DNA from: Basidiobolus heterosporus B8920
Lineage: Eukaryota
Direction: 5' to 3'
DNA: 36,792 nucleotides
Assembly (NCBI GenBank): GCA_000697455.1
Contig: JNET01029177.1
Location: forward strand, 1 to 36,792
Shown: positions 12,343-24,950 of the stretch, in pieces
Numbering within the stretch: the stretch's first letter is position 1
Layout: every line of letters begins with the position of its first letter
Made by a program: the position numbers and the translations under genes
The notes under the pieces: model-generated
Told to the model about the DNA's origin: nothing
Databases searched by the model: none
Seen by the model: the letters and a program-made list of their open reading frames with translations, nothing else

Positions 12343-12353
12343 CCCCGCATTAA
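12343..12353 (-). promoter_or_regulatory. Mig1/CreA-type binding site (AT-box plus GCGGGG)
   Basis: Minus strand reads TTAATGCGGGG, matching WWWWN-SYGGGG, ~550 bp upstream of the zinc-finger ATG. Confidence 0.35.
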
Positions 12354-13128
12354 GAGTAATCGAAATAGTTACCTGGTGACATATTTACCATCACCTGAAA
12401 TACTTTGTTATTCTTTTCTCGCATCATCCGTATCACCAATTGGTGTGACCGCTGATCACACGACAAATTGGGGGATTGGTCGAGTTTTAAACTGATTTAA
12501 TCGAACCATGCTCTCTGCTGCATTGATCACTTGGTAATTTTCCGTTCACTACAAAAATATTCAAGTCACAAATTGTTCGTGAACATGACCAATTAGTCAT
12601 TTCAGATAGATTCTAATTTTCGATCTTACGATGTCACCGCCTTAGAACAATCCATTCTCACTCTCCTCTGATAACTAACTTTAAAGGATGTTCAATTTCA
12701 GCCAACAGGCTACGATAACTCAATTACCAAAACAATGGTTTCATCGTTATCTGGGTTATACCCTAGAGTTGATCATCGAGAAATTCATGCATATTAATGA
12801 AAGCCCAAATGCGATCATTCATATTCGATGAAGACTCCATTTATTAAATACCTCTTACAAAAAATCTGGCGATCACACCGCTGCAACCACTGCTTGAATC
12901 GTTCCGAGGAGGTTAACTTCTATTATAAATGATTTCCCTTTATAATCAAAAGAGAACGAGTAGTCTTCATATGTAGAACATGAAAAGGAGAGAGTAGGAA
13001 GGATTTGTATGAGGAGAAAAATGTACAATGAAAGGGGCAATTCAATCGATTTTAACTTAAGGCCACCACAAAGTTCTAATAATACAAAAGAAAAGATTTG
13101 GAATGGACGAGGGAGTGAGGCGGGGGTA

Positions 13129-16100
13129 CTACAGTGGCGATGGCAATCTGGCCTCATCAGACGTATTGTTAAAATTCGATGTAGGAAGGATTGATGATTG
13201 ATACGCTCTAAGTATGTTTTTGAGCTGCTCCAAATCCAACTGGCTGAGGCTATCCTGGTGATTCCCTAAGACCTCATCAATGATAGCGGCAACCGGGCGA
13301 ATCTTTTCCAGGTAGATAGTAGAGTAGGCGTTTTCAATTCTGGTGATTAAGCTCTCCATGATTTTCAATAGTTCTTGGTCGTCGGCGTTATCTTGGATGT
13401 GCGAGGCCAGAAGGCCGTTCAAGTAATAAAGCTTAGAGGTTCTACGATTCGATAGGATCATACTATCTGCAGCAATTCGCTCCAAGCGAAGGCAAATATA
13501 GCCCAGAGAACGTACTAGACTAGGGTCAATGGTCTGTGCTACGTTTGGTTCGTATATTTGCACCGTAGGGTTTTGCGATTTTTTCCAAAAGTCGATACGA
13601 CCAGCCAAGATTTTGGGGAAAATCATGGACAACATTTCGGGATTTTCCAAACCTTTCAGCTTTTGCTCACCAACCTCGACTATCAAGATCCCAAGCCTCT
13701 GTAAGGCCATTTCATCACTAGCTAAATCTGGATCCATTGATTTCTCGGAATGATCTTCCAAGAATGTATCATCTTTCTCCATTACCTCCTTGATCGCTGA
13801 CACCACATCAGAGCTAACAAAGATTTGTCCACCATCCGCACAATTACAGATACGTGCTGCCCGGTTGACCATAGGCCCGAAATAGTCCATACGCTGAGTA
13901 ATTGGATCCGCCTCACAAACAGGCATGCCCCAATGGATCCCCATTCTAACCGAAAGGCCACGATATAGTAGTTCGTTGGTGAGTCCCGGTGCGAAGATCT
14001 CTCTTCCATCCTCACACTCCAATATCGTTTGAGGCCAGTCTGCCTGCAACAATTGTATCTGGACATTGAGACACCAGAACAAAGCAGAGGTAACTGTGGG
14101 AAAGGAGACCATGAAAGCGTCACCTTCGGTTTTCACTTCGTATCCACCAATGTTTCGCAGCAATCGTCTCATGATTAAATTGTGCATTCCAATGGCTGAC
14201 TGCATGGCCTCGGGCATGGTTTCCCATAGAAATGTGGAGTTTTTGATGTCGGTAAAAACAAGGGCGACTTGACCGACGGGCGGTTGGACTTCTCTTCCTA
14301 AACGAGCTAGAGTCTAACATTCAATGATAAGATGAATCCTTTAGAAAATGCGAGCAAAAGAGACAAGTCAATCAATTCACAAACCGAATCTCCCGGTAGT
14401 TCTTCCTTTCCACGTCTGTTCTTTTTAAATCCTTGATTCGTCTCTTCCTCATCATCAGCAAACCCAAACAAACCACCTCCAGTGGTGTGATTGTAATAGC
14501 GGTTTCCAGATTTCGACTTTTTCTTGAATAAATCTCTCACTCCGATCACCATCACCACGATATTGACCTTCGCTCCATAGGCTATAGCAAAGTCCCGAAG
14601 CTTTTGGGCCGCAACCAATAAATCATTCCGAGATGTACGGGCAATGTCAACCGCCGTTTGGTAGGACATGTAATCCCAAAGTCCTTTGCTTGCCATGATG
14701 ATGAACTCGTCTTGTTCAGACAACTGGATCTTCTCGATGGACGGATTAGCGTTCATCGCAGGAAGGAAGGGGAAGAAACCAAATCCCCTGGAAACATCCA
14801 GTTTTCCTCCAATGAGTCCATCTGAAGAGATATACCCCGCTGCATCACGAACACGGTCGATTTCGTCCGGATTCCAAGGGATGTGTTTCATCGAGATCAG
14901 TCGGGCCCTGCCACCACGTGATATAACAGCAAGCGTATCTCCGACATTGGCCATGTACAAAGTATGATCATTGATGTAAGCCACCACAGCAGTGGCTCCT
15001 CCTCTTCTTCCTTCGCTGATAGCGATTGCTCCTAGCTCTTTCTCAAGGCTAAGAAAAGTACGACGCAATGCATTCTCGATCATGTCATCTCCCGGGAGTT
15101 TCTTCAGCTCGGTATCGAAATGGAAAGCAAACCAGTCATTCAAGTATTGGGAGAATTTCCCTCCTCCTTCTTGGATATTTCTTGCATCGAATAGCCCAAA
15201 GAGAAACTCTTTATCCGAACCTCTGAACCTAGGGACTGCCAGATCCCATGCGGACAACCGACCACAAGTCCCTAGACTATCCGCCATACCGTAGCCCATG
15301 CGATTCGCCTCCGAAGTGGAGGTTCGAATACGACGAGACATGGTCTCCTCGGGGACACCGACCATCAGAGTAACATCCATCAATCCCAGAACCCTCAAGT
15401 CCGTGAGTGCGCTAAAATCGGTGAGATTTCTCTCGCGATTTCTATCAAACTCGGTAAGATTATTTCGAATTTCCAGTCGCTTGTTTCCCGACAGGTTGAG
15501 GTATTTCAACTCCAGGTTATAGTTCCTAATCAAGATTCAATTCAATTGAAATGCTGTGTAAATAAATTGACTTTGTAATAAACCTACCAGTTCCAATCGT
15601 AAGGCCAGTTGGTGATGTTGTATTTTAAGTTGTTACTACCAACATCCAAGACCTCCAAGTGTCGAATCTTTCCAAGCTCCGCAGGGAGTGTCTGAAGCTT
15701 GTTCCCGTTTAAGTGGAAGATTCGAAGGTTGCGAAGGCGTTCAATTTCATCGATTGGCAGTGAGCTCAGTTGATTCCCAGAAATGTACAACTCGACCAAG
15801 TTGACTAGATCAAACAACGAATTCGAGGGAATGTCGTATATATCGTTAAACGAGACATTCAATACACGCAATTCTGTGAGAAAGCTAATCGGAAGGAAGA
15901 TCTCGTCGGTCAGTCGGTTGTCTCCCAGATAGAGATTACGGAGGCATAAAGATAGCGGAGGCGGAACATTTTGGATGTTTTGCTCGTTGTTCGCGTCCAA
16001 GTTCAATTGAGTGTCTGCCTCGTTGGGAAGAAGAGATGGCGCCAGGGTAGGATGCGGGAAAGTTTCGAGAATATTGGAGCTGACGTTAAGAGAGGTCAGT

Positions 16101-18763
16101 TTGGAGCACCACCATAGCTGGGTGGGAAGAGACTTTAGATTGTTGTTGTGAACATTAATCAGCTCTAATTGCTGAAGTCGTGCCAAGTCTAAAGGTAGAG
16201 ATGCCAGCTGGTTGTTGATGCAACTGAAATGCTTCAACTTTGAGAGCGAGCAGACAGAGGATGGAATGGAGACAAAGTGATTGTTGTCCATGACTAGGCG
16301 CTCGAGGCTTGTCAACCCCTCGAATAGGTCAGCTGGGATCGTGGCTAACTTACAAGAGGAGAGATTTAAATCGACCAGAGAGTTGGAAACGGAGGATAAT
16401 GTGAATTGGGTAAGATGATTCTTGCATAAATTAATGCTTTCCAGAGACTGGAACTTGGTGTTGATGTTTGATAACGAGTTATAATTGCTCATCAACTTCT
16501 CGAGCTTGGGGAGAGATCCTAGGGCGTCTAGATCAGATATCTTGTTTTGTCGAATATCTAATTCTCTCAAGCTCACTAGCGACTCGATGGCTTTGGGAAG
16601 AGACCCAGATATGCTATTTGAGGCGAGGCAGAGGCGTTCCAAACGCACCAACTTCCCGATCTCATCAGGTATGGATGGGATCTTGTTGATCGACAAGTCT
16701 AGAACAGTCAGACTTATCAGATTACATACAGCCGAGGGAAACGTGGTGAACTTGTTGTTGGACAAATTAAGACACGACAACAAGGTAAGCTCGACGAACT
16801 CGCGAGGAATTGTGCTAATACGGTTGTTGCAGAAATTCAGGTGAGTCAAGTCTTTGGCATAGTGCAGTTGGGCTGATTCGATCTCCTTGATCCGGTTGTT
16901 GGACAAGTTCAGATGAAGTAATTTCGGTGTATGGCGAACACTGCTTGGTACGTATTTATAAGCGTTCCCGCTCAGGTTGATTTCCCGCAAGCTAGTACAG
17001 AGCTGAACAAAGTCGAGTGGTAAATCCAACATGAGATTCCTCGAGATATCCATCGTGTTGATTGTCGAGGTGTGTCGATATAGTAAGATTGGGATCGTCT
17101 GCAGATTTCTCGCATGTAGGTCAACGTGTCGAAAGCTTCCGAGCTCACTCTCTTTCTCCTAGATTCGCAAGAAGAACTTTATGAGTTGGCTGGGCAATGT
17201 TCAATTTTTCACCTTTGACATACCAGATTGATGGTTTGGATACTAGCTAAGCCGAAGGTGAACCGACAAAGATACGTATTGTCTTCGCGTCCTTGATCCT
17301 TCAGTTGATCCTCCGACGTGTACCCGATTTGCTCCAGTAACCGCTTAAAATGATAAATAGGCCGTTCCTGCGGACCAAGAATTCTAACTGAAGTTTTTTC
17401 AATAGTCGGTCAGATAAAGTAGTCATGGAGAAGGTAAACATCTTAATGGGCTACCTAATCCATCACGTTGCATGTACAAATTGTATCTTGAAGCATCCGG
17501 GAGAAAGAACTTTCTGGCAAGTATATTACAAAGCTCTGCGGTAGTTATCTGCACTGGAACAGTGACGGTTCCAAAAGTGCTATCTTCTCGAAAGACACGT
17601 ATACAGAGCTAAAATCCAATCATTGAGGATGGGCTTATGATCCATTCAAAGAACCATGTTATAAAGTGTTACCTGTTCAGTTGGTGTGGGTGGTTTCTCT
17701 TTTTGAACTACTTTCTCAGAAGGATAATCACAATCTTCATCGTCTGACGGTTCCATGCGTTCGGATGTTACGGGCACCACTGACCATGACTGAGGTGCGG
17801 TCCAGACCACCCCTTGTTTAGAGAAGTCAGGCGTAATAGTTGCCTCTACATTATCAGCTTCGGGGGGTTCGATAAAGGAAGCCGTGTGAGAACCATTCTG
17901 AGATTGGGCCAGAGCTTCTGGACTAATAATACCGTCCATGTCAACTGAGAGAAATAAAAATTAGGTTTTCTATTTCGGTTTGATATAAACAGCAAAAGGC
18001 ACTACTTACGTTCAGAACCGCCTCGGATCCCCTCAAACTAAATAAACATTCGAGCCATTAGGTGGATATGAAAAGGGGTAGAAATCAAAAAGCGTCAATT
18101 CATACCGAGCCCAAAGCCTGTTGCTGATTCTTTAAAAAGTCTTTAGACCAATTCTTTTGAGGGCTAAACCGAGACAAGTACTCAGAAGAGTCGTCTACTT
18201 GATTAAGAGTATTAAGAGAAGCGTCTTCTCTCTTGCTGCCTACTAAAACATCCAAATTAAGAGGTGAAATTTGGTTGGTCCAAGAAAAATGAAAGAGTAC
18301 CTTCACTATGCTCATCAAAATCTTTACTTTTTTTTCTTCCAAAGGGAAATAGCTTCCTTTTGATCTTATTCTTCTTGGAAGAGGCTTCATGGTGGTGGGA
18401 TAGACTTGAGAGTGTAATACTTGAGTTACGGAATATCGAGCGTTTGGAGGAACCTTCCAGAGGTGACGAATAAATACTTGCGTTCGGAGTATTTGGAGAA
18501 GAATGATCGTTTTGAGATTCAGTCTGTCTATTATGAAGATCAGCGTGTCTTGTATCTGTTGTGTTGTAATCTAACGAGGGGGGTCGGTGTGAGCCGAAAA
18601 AGAAGGAAAGCAACGAATCTTCTCTGGGTTTTTTTACGCGTTTCTCTGAAGTAGAAATGACTGAAGTAGCCGGTGAAGGAGGTCGATCGTACGGTTCCGA
18701 AGGATTAGTAAAAGGGATCTCATGGTTCGACTTTGAATGATTCACCGTCGAACTTGACGACAT
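13129..18763 (-). CDS. CYR1: Fungal adenylate cyclase (RA domain, LRR, PP2C-like and class III cyclase domains), multi-exon
   Basis: MDGII and WTAPQSWSV N-terminal motifs; RA domain (CIRVFREDSTFGTV..LARKFFL); LRR block 15584-17100 ending NITNWPYDWNW; PP2C-like domain 14385-15525; cyclase motifs ALVFTDIKNST, EVKTEGDAFMV, VRMGIHWG, MDYFGPMVNRAARI. The 5' end is uncertain (possible upstream exon). Confidence 0.95.
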
Positions 18764-19810
18764 GTTTTTCCCTTCGACGCAACTGCTCAAGTGAAATAGA
18801 GTGTATTAGAAAAAGCACTAGAATATCGGAAAGAGATAAATATCCGAGATCAATTGCAGAAAATCAATCACTCGATGAAAAGAGCTGTCACCAATGACAC
18901 GAATCTCCGTCTCAAACTTGAAAATGGCGGATGATAAGGTTGATGATCTATTGGAACAGAGGACCACATCAAGGATTCCACAACCACACTCGCATCAACG
19001 TTAACTCAAAACATTCCCAATTAAATAACTTTTGTATTTTTTTACTTCATTCTGTGTTGTGTAAGATGATGAGTGAGTGAATTCTGGGTAATGGGTGATG
19101 GGTGAGGGTGATTGATGGCGATGGATTATTGAACATGGATTTAGGTTTAGGCTTGGGCTTGAGTATGAATGCAAAATGTGAGTGCAAAATGTGAATGCAA
19201 CTTCAGTCTAAACATTGTCAAAGCCATCGAACCCAACGATTCGAAACTCAGATCCGACTCACGAAGAAAAGGCCTCAGCTTCGTCATTGTAGGAAATACA
19301 TGCTGTCGACTACTGAACCGATGCTCTCAAATCAGTAACATGAGCCACTCTATTAGGTAAGCCATACAGTAACCCTTCATTCTCCTTATTTGGTCGAGAC
19401 TCGTATTATCCATCCATCCTCCCTTATATAGCAACTCTCAATGGAGAATATGAAAACCGTGATGCTCTTTTACACCCTTCTACACCCTTTCCCACCTTCT
19501 CCCCATCTTACCCATTCCTTTGATTACTTGTCAATCACGATGATTGGTTGGTTCCGATGATTTTTCTGGCAATGGTGAGCGAATAATATTTATCTATATT
19601 GATATATCGCCCGGTGTAAAAGTTAGTCCTAGGCTTTACCATAAGTAAAGTAAGCGTAACAGAGGATAAATGGAGATGCCTTTATTATTTTACAAAGAGT
19701 GTGAATACACTGTTTCCATTGGGTAACCAAGTATTAATCGTTACACGCTACCAGTAATAATACCAGTGATGGCTAGGGCTGAGGGTTGGATAATATGAAA
19801 TAAACCCCTT

Positions 19811-22780
19811 CTACTTGCGAATTAGATTGCCTTTCTCATCTTGTTCTGACTCTTCGGATGATCCTTCCTCATTCGAATCGTCATCTTCGGATTCATCGCT
19901 CGCTTCCTCACTCGAATTATCATCATCATCATCGTCGTCGTCGTCATCGTCATCTTCATCTTCATCCTCATCGTCCTCTTCCTCAGTCTCATCTATATTG
20001 ACAGAGCATGAATTATCCAATCATATGATCTAGATTACATAGATATCTTACCATCAGCAGTCTCCTCCGAGTCATAGAAAGCATCCAGACTATAATCTTC
20101 CGTGTTCTTGGGTTGAGTAGCACGAGAGGAATCAACCAGATGAGTAGATTCAGGTGAAACGACATCCTGTGAATTAACAGAATATGAATTAGCTAGAGCT
20201 TGGACCATTCAGGAACTTAAGCCCTACCTGGGTATCACGCAGAGAGGGGTCTGGTTGAACAGACGGCCAATCTGGCAAAGATTCGTAACCAAATACAGAT
20301 GAGTCGAAAACCATGGACATGGATCCAATGGTGTACTTATCACGCCCTAATGTATGCAGAATTGAGCTTTAAAAGGATATCTCTTGATTAAGCAATCATC
20401 GATTATACCTGCTAAGGGGTTTTCAGTTACGGGTGCAGGCTTCTCACATAATAGGATCTCTTTGGCGTATTTTCGCAACGAATCACTTTGTTCTGGGTGA
20501 TCCACATCAGCATTATTGGTGATCATCAAAGCTTTAAGGAAACGTGCACGGTCACGAACATCATAATTTAAGTCGTAACGAGCAAGCGTAAACACATATT
20601 TGTACAGCAAATTCATCTTTGGTGTAGTAGGAAGTGTGCACATCAACTTGGCGGCAAGGGTGACAATTTGGAGCTTTACGAATTCATTCTGAAAGCAAGA
20701 AAACATGAATACATTAATCCCCACAGAAAATATCTTAACCTACCTCCTCCACAAATGATTTGGCCCCCTTTCTTAACGTATCAGGAGCGATTTTCTCCAA
20801 ATTATGGCAGTATTGACCAACTAGCCAGAAAATGCTAGCGCGTGCTTCAGGTACCTTGATATTATCCAAGGATTTAACCAGCCGGATGATCATACCGGCA
20901 TTATCATTAGGCCGGCTCTGTAGCAATCGACGAGTAACAACCACCGATTCGGCAACAACCGCATCATTCTGATACGAGATCAGGTTCATCAACCCACGAA
21001 TACAATTGTCAGCAATTTCAGGTATGGTGGTAGCGCATCGACCGATAGCTTGAATGGCCGATTTCACAAACTCCTTATTCGATGATTTCACATAATCTTG
21101 GAGCTCTCTGAGCAAAGTGGAGACGTTGCTCTCATTTGCCAACGAGGTCAGAATCCCCAATTTCAAATTGCGAACAAAACCAGGGTCGGTAGAGCGCACG
21201 AAGAATTGCTGTAGGTAAGGCTCAAAGATTTCCTATAGAAAAGACGCATATAAATGTAAGCTGGCATTTCTTACCGTTAGATTAATTCAATGATACATAC
21301 AGGCTTGGCATGGGCCATTGTTGCGATATTAGTCAATACGACGTATTGAATCTCGGGGTGCGTTCTTAGGAGACGAACCAGTGGCTTCCCAACCTTAAAG
21401 ACCTCCATCGCCGGCGCAGCATGGTAATATAGAGAGCAAACTGCCATAACCACCTTAAATTGAGTTTACTTAGCTTACTACTTCGTTTGATATACCAAGC
21501 AAATACCACCAATCGCTGGAACGCATGTACTTACACCACTGTTGCGACTCTGCATCAAGGGTGCAGAAGATTTCAAAAGGAATTCGAGATCATAATCCAC
21601 AATATCCTCGTGATCCTCCGACTCGGCGGAGTCATCAGAGTAGAACGACGATTCCTTCCTGGTCTTTGGTTTGCTTACTTTGATCTAAAGGAAATAACAT
21701 AGGTAGGTAATGATGAATCTACCTGTAACAGAATTAATGCTAACTTCTGATTGGAATACATACATAGCGGTTGGGATCAAGAAAATGAGCTCTAAGATAA
21801 CCAAAGGGTTAATGAGGGTTTACAGTCACAACGGCATAGGCAACATCCATTTTACCTAGCGTAACGAAGAAGAAGACGAAGTATGGCAATCTGGCCCCAT
21901 TCATCAGTATCTATTAGCATGTAACATAATTTGCGGTAGTGCTTGTGAATAAGATCGAATCTTTCAGGACACAATTCGTTAAACGCCATGATAACACTGC
22001 CGATTACGAATGCAGACTTGTCTTTCAACAATATCTCCAAGATTTCGATTAAATTTTCTTTTTGCGAAGGGTCCAAACTAAACTCATAGGCAATTAGTAC
22101 ATCATCAAACAGAAAACGGTTGGTTGATAGAAGAAAACCTGTAGCATTTGGGGATGGCGTGGGCAGCAGTCTTTCTAACGTAAGCAGATAAATCTGTAAC
22201 ACATTTCTTTATAGCCAACATGACGATTGGGCTAATCACTGGCACTCGAATACCGGACATGACCCGCAAGGCCATTGCACGAATGACTTGGTTTTGATCG
22301 CTAAGATCTTTTTGGAAGGTGTTTACAGAAAGCAGCGCCAAGTCAGGCTCCTGTTCCGCATATCTGAGAAGATAAATATAAACAAGTTTTCGAACTTCCA
22401 AATTACTAGAGGCCACGTTTTTCACGACGTCAGGAAAAAACTCCGATACATCTCGGCCTTTAGATATCATCTGTAGAGTAACCAGAAGATTAGCGAGACC
22501 TGGTCTGAGTTAAATAAAAAAGAAAAGGGATTGGCTGGATGGTACATACTGCGATAAGTCTTTTCAAACCATCCAATTTCTCTCGGTCATTGCCTGAATC
22601 GAGATTCTTGTGAATCTCACGAAGTTTTGTTTCCGAGGTATCAAAAAAATGCGCAGACGAGTCGAAACCGAACTCTCGGGCGTTCTCTACTATTCCCTCG
22701 GAGACCTTTTTGGAGATCTTGGCTGCGCTTTGTGCGAAAGCTGCCGCTTTGCTGAGATACTCGGCCATAGTATTCTCCAT
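19811..22780 (-). CDS. APL6: AP-3 adaptor complex beta subunit, multi-exon
   Basis: [99 protein letters not shown] and LPDWP motifs, then a Ser/Asp/Glu acidic tail. All are beta3-adaptin hallmarks. An extra terminal exon near 19750-19783 is possible. Confidence 0.93.
19915..19985. repeat. Imperfect trinucleotide repeat (TCA/TCG/TCT)n encoding poly-Asp/Glu in the AP-3 beta tail
   Basis: atcatcatcatcgtcgtcgtcgtcatcgtcatcttcatcttcatcctcatcgtcctcttcctc on the + strand. Confidence 0.75.
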
Positions 22781-22879
22781 TCTAAAGTGACAAGAAATTT
22801 GGTGGAAAGCAGTTCTAATGTGATATCCATACCATGACTGTAGTCATGAGCATTTCTGATTCAACCTGATCTCATGTTT

Positions 22880-22887
22880 TGACGTCA
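22880..22887. promoter_or_regulatory. Palindromic CRE/ATF-type site upstream of AP-3 beta
   Basis: TGACGTCA 100 bp upstream of ATG 22780. Motif match only. Confidence 0.25.
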
Positions 22888-23137
22888 TTTTCAGATATAG
22901 ATGTAACTTGCAATATTTAAATTTGATTTTAATCATTTTAATTAGCATTGATTGTGATTTCGAACATAATCAGCAGGTCAACAGATATGAGGGAGAAAAT
23001 TGGATTTTATATGATAGGAAATGAAGGGAAGTGGAGGGAAATAAAAACAATGAAATGATAATACATGGGAATGATGTTCTAAATAGTTACAAAAACAATG
23101 AAATTAATGAAGTAGAAAAGGGGATTTCCTAAAGGTA

Positions 23138-24610
23138 TTAAAATCTAGACAGATCCTCTGGAGTGTTGAGGTAGACAGGCGCGCTTAAAACTTTCCCAGC
23201 AAGTGATTCCAGGCCTTCGCCGCTGTAGGAGACTAGTGGTGAGATCTCAACTGGGACGACATCCTTCTCGATGTTCTCGATTACTACGCCGGCATTCTGA
23301 AGGAAGCGGAGACTTTGTTGGGTAATATCACGCAAACTAGTTTCAGGGCAATCAACACCCGAACCTGGGGCGTTCTTTAAAGGTGAGAACTCCTCCTTTC
23401 GGTCAACCTCATAGACAGCAAGGTTTTCGGTGAATGGGAACACGTCAAATACAAACACCTCGAACTTGATTCCATTAGGTGAAGTGGGAATGATTTTCTC
23501 ACCAGTTTGGGGGTCCACATGCTTAATCTTCTTTCTGGCAATATGGTAGTCAAGTTTGTCTTCAAAAGTCTTTACGCGCTGAAGAAAGTCAAGAGTATAG
23601 AGATGGTTGACGATGTTTCCGGCCTTGTAAACCAATTGTCCTTCGGAATCAATCAACTCAGCCATAGTTGGGTCAATCTCAGAGTACTCTACAATCTTGG
23701 GCTTTCCGTTGCGAAGACAAGTAACACCGATTGGCTCTGTCGGATAGCCCTTACGAACAACCTTGTTACCACAGTCCGCATTCTGGGTGATACAGTAGCC
23801 AATGAAAATAGGATCAGCCACCTTAACAAGGCAGTTGTCAACACCATAAACATGGATATAACGCACACCACGAATAGAAAGATCATCGAGAACGCCATCA
23901 CGACGGAGAGCATCGTATATGCCACCATTACCGTTGGGTGCGATGGCCACCTTGGATTTGGTTTCGAGCAATATTTTGCCATCGTTAGAGATACAAGGCA
24001 TCAGACCTTGTTTGAAGAACATCACGTTGGACTTGCCAAGTCCGAAATAGTTATTTTGTTCGAAATACTCAACAGTAGCGGCGTAGGTTGGGTCGGATGT
24101 CATAATATACCAAGGAATTACAACGTCTAGGTTTTCGTCTTCAGCATATTGTTGGGCAAGTGTCTGAAGACGAAGAATTCGCTCGGCTTGAATTTGGAAG
24201 AGTGATTTATGAGATGGAAGGTTGATATCGTAGCAACCTTTGGGAGCATCGGAGCCTAAGCGAGTACCCTGGCCACCGGCCATCAGGATGACTGCAACTT
24301 GATTTTGCGCGATGGCCTTTAGACCAAGTCCTTGCCAGTCCTCAATAGTTTCCTTATTTGCAGAGAGAATCGAACCGGAGCGCTCAGCGGGGAAGGGTTT
24401 GATTTCATTCTTTAATTTTTGACCAGGTTTTTCACTGGTTACCTTTTGATAAACTCGATTGATTAGGGAGGGATCGATATCTTTCAGTTGCGCAACCAAT
24501 GATTGTTGTTCTTCGGCGTTGAGGTCCTCAAAGAAGTTGAACACATGGCCTTGGCCTGCAGCAGTATAGAACTCCTTAAGACTTTCAATTTGATTAATGG
24601 ATACAGGCAT
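23138..24610 (-). CDS. UAP1: UDP-N-acetylglucosamine pyrophosphorylase (intronless, 490 aa)
   Basis: MAGGQGTRLGSDAPKG, APNGNGG, VDNCLVKVADPIFIG, VEYSE, KFEVFVFDVFPF, EFSPLKN and EISPLVSYSGEGL motifs. First ATG is 24610; the ORF-track extension to 24703 starts at a non-ATG codon in a pyrimidine-rich leader. Confidence 0.95.
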   Translation of the reverse strand: MPVSINQIESLKEFYTAAGQGHVFNFFEDLNAEEQQSLVAQLKDIDPSLINRVYQKVTSEKPGQKLKNEIKPFPAERSGSILSANKETIEDWQGLGLKAIAQNQVAVILMAGGQGTRLGSDAPKGCYDINLPSHKSLFQIQAERILRLQTLAQQYAEDENLDVVIPWYIMTSDPTYAATVEYFEQNNYFGLGKSNVMFFKQGLMPCISNDGKILLETKSKVAIAPNGNGGIYDALRRDGVLDDLSIRGVRYIHVYGVDNCLVKVADPIFIGYCITQNADCGNKVVRKGYPTEPIGVTCLRNGKPKIVEYSEIDPTMAELIDSEGQLVYKAGNIVNHLYTLDFLQRVKTFEDKLDYHIARKKIKHVDPQTGEKIIPTSPNGIKFEVFVFDVFPFTENLAVYEVDRKEEFSPLKNAPGSGVDCPETSLRDITQQSLRFLQNAGVVIENIEKDVVPVEISPLVSYSGEGLESLAGKVLSAPVYLNTPEDLSRF

Positions 24611-24910
24611 CTCAGACGCACTAACTTTAGAAAGGTTCAACGTAAAACAGAAACAAAAGGAAAGCGGATGAAGGAATTGAGATGAAAAGAAAACCAAGAT
24701 CAAAACTTGGCTTATAAGTAAATTGCCACGCCACGACAGCCGCGATAGATAAATCAGTGGAATCCTGTTGTGTACAAAATAATGGATTGATCCATGAGAC
24801 TAACCTCAACCTTCCTAAATATGGGTGGAATAGAAAGTAAAAGAAGTAGAAACTTCCTGATCCCGGTACTACTAAGCTATTTTTAATTGTCGGCGTGGTC
24901 AAGAAGCTGC

Positions 24911-24950
24911 TGAAATTCGCAGAAATTCACTGAAATTCACTGGAAATACT
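24911..24950. repeat. Degenerate 10-bp tandem repeat (about 4 copies)
   Basis: tgaaattcgc agaaattcac tgaaattcac tggaaatact upstream of UAP1. Confidence 0.55.

Noticed and set aside
14385..15525. PP2C domain of CYR1 lacking metal-binding residues (FDARN, ASKGLWD)
   Set aside because: Degenerate PP2C-like domains are normal in fungal adenylate cyclases.
19815..20033. Poly-Ser ORF on the + strand
   Set aside because: Reverse complement of the poly-Asp/Glu tail of AP-3 beta.
23507..24130. 207-aa antisense ORF over UAP1
   Set aside because: Shadow ORF from codon bias of the sense gene; non-ATG start and no motifs.
24611..24703. Hydrophobic N-terminal extension of UAP1 in the ORF track
   Set aside because: Non-ATG start translating a pyrimidine-rich leader; the conserved protein begins at ATG 24610.
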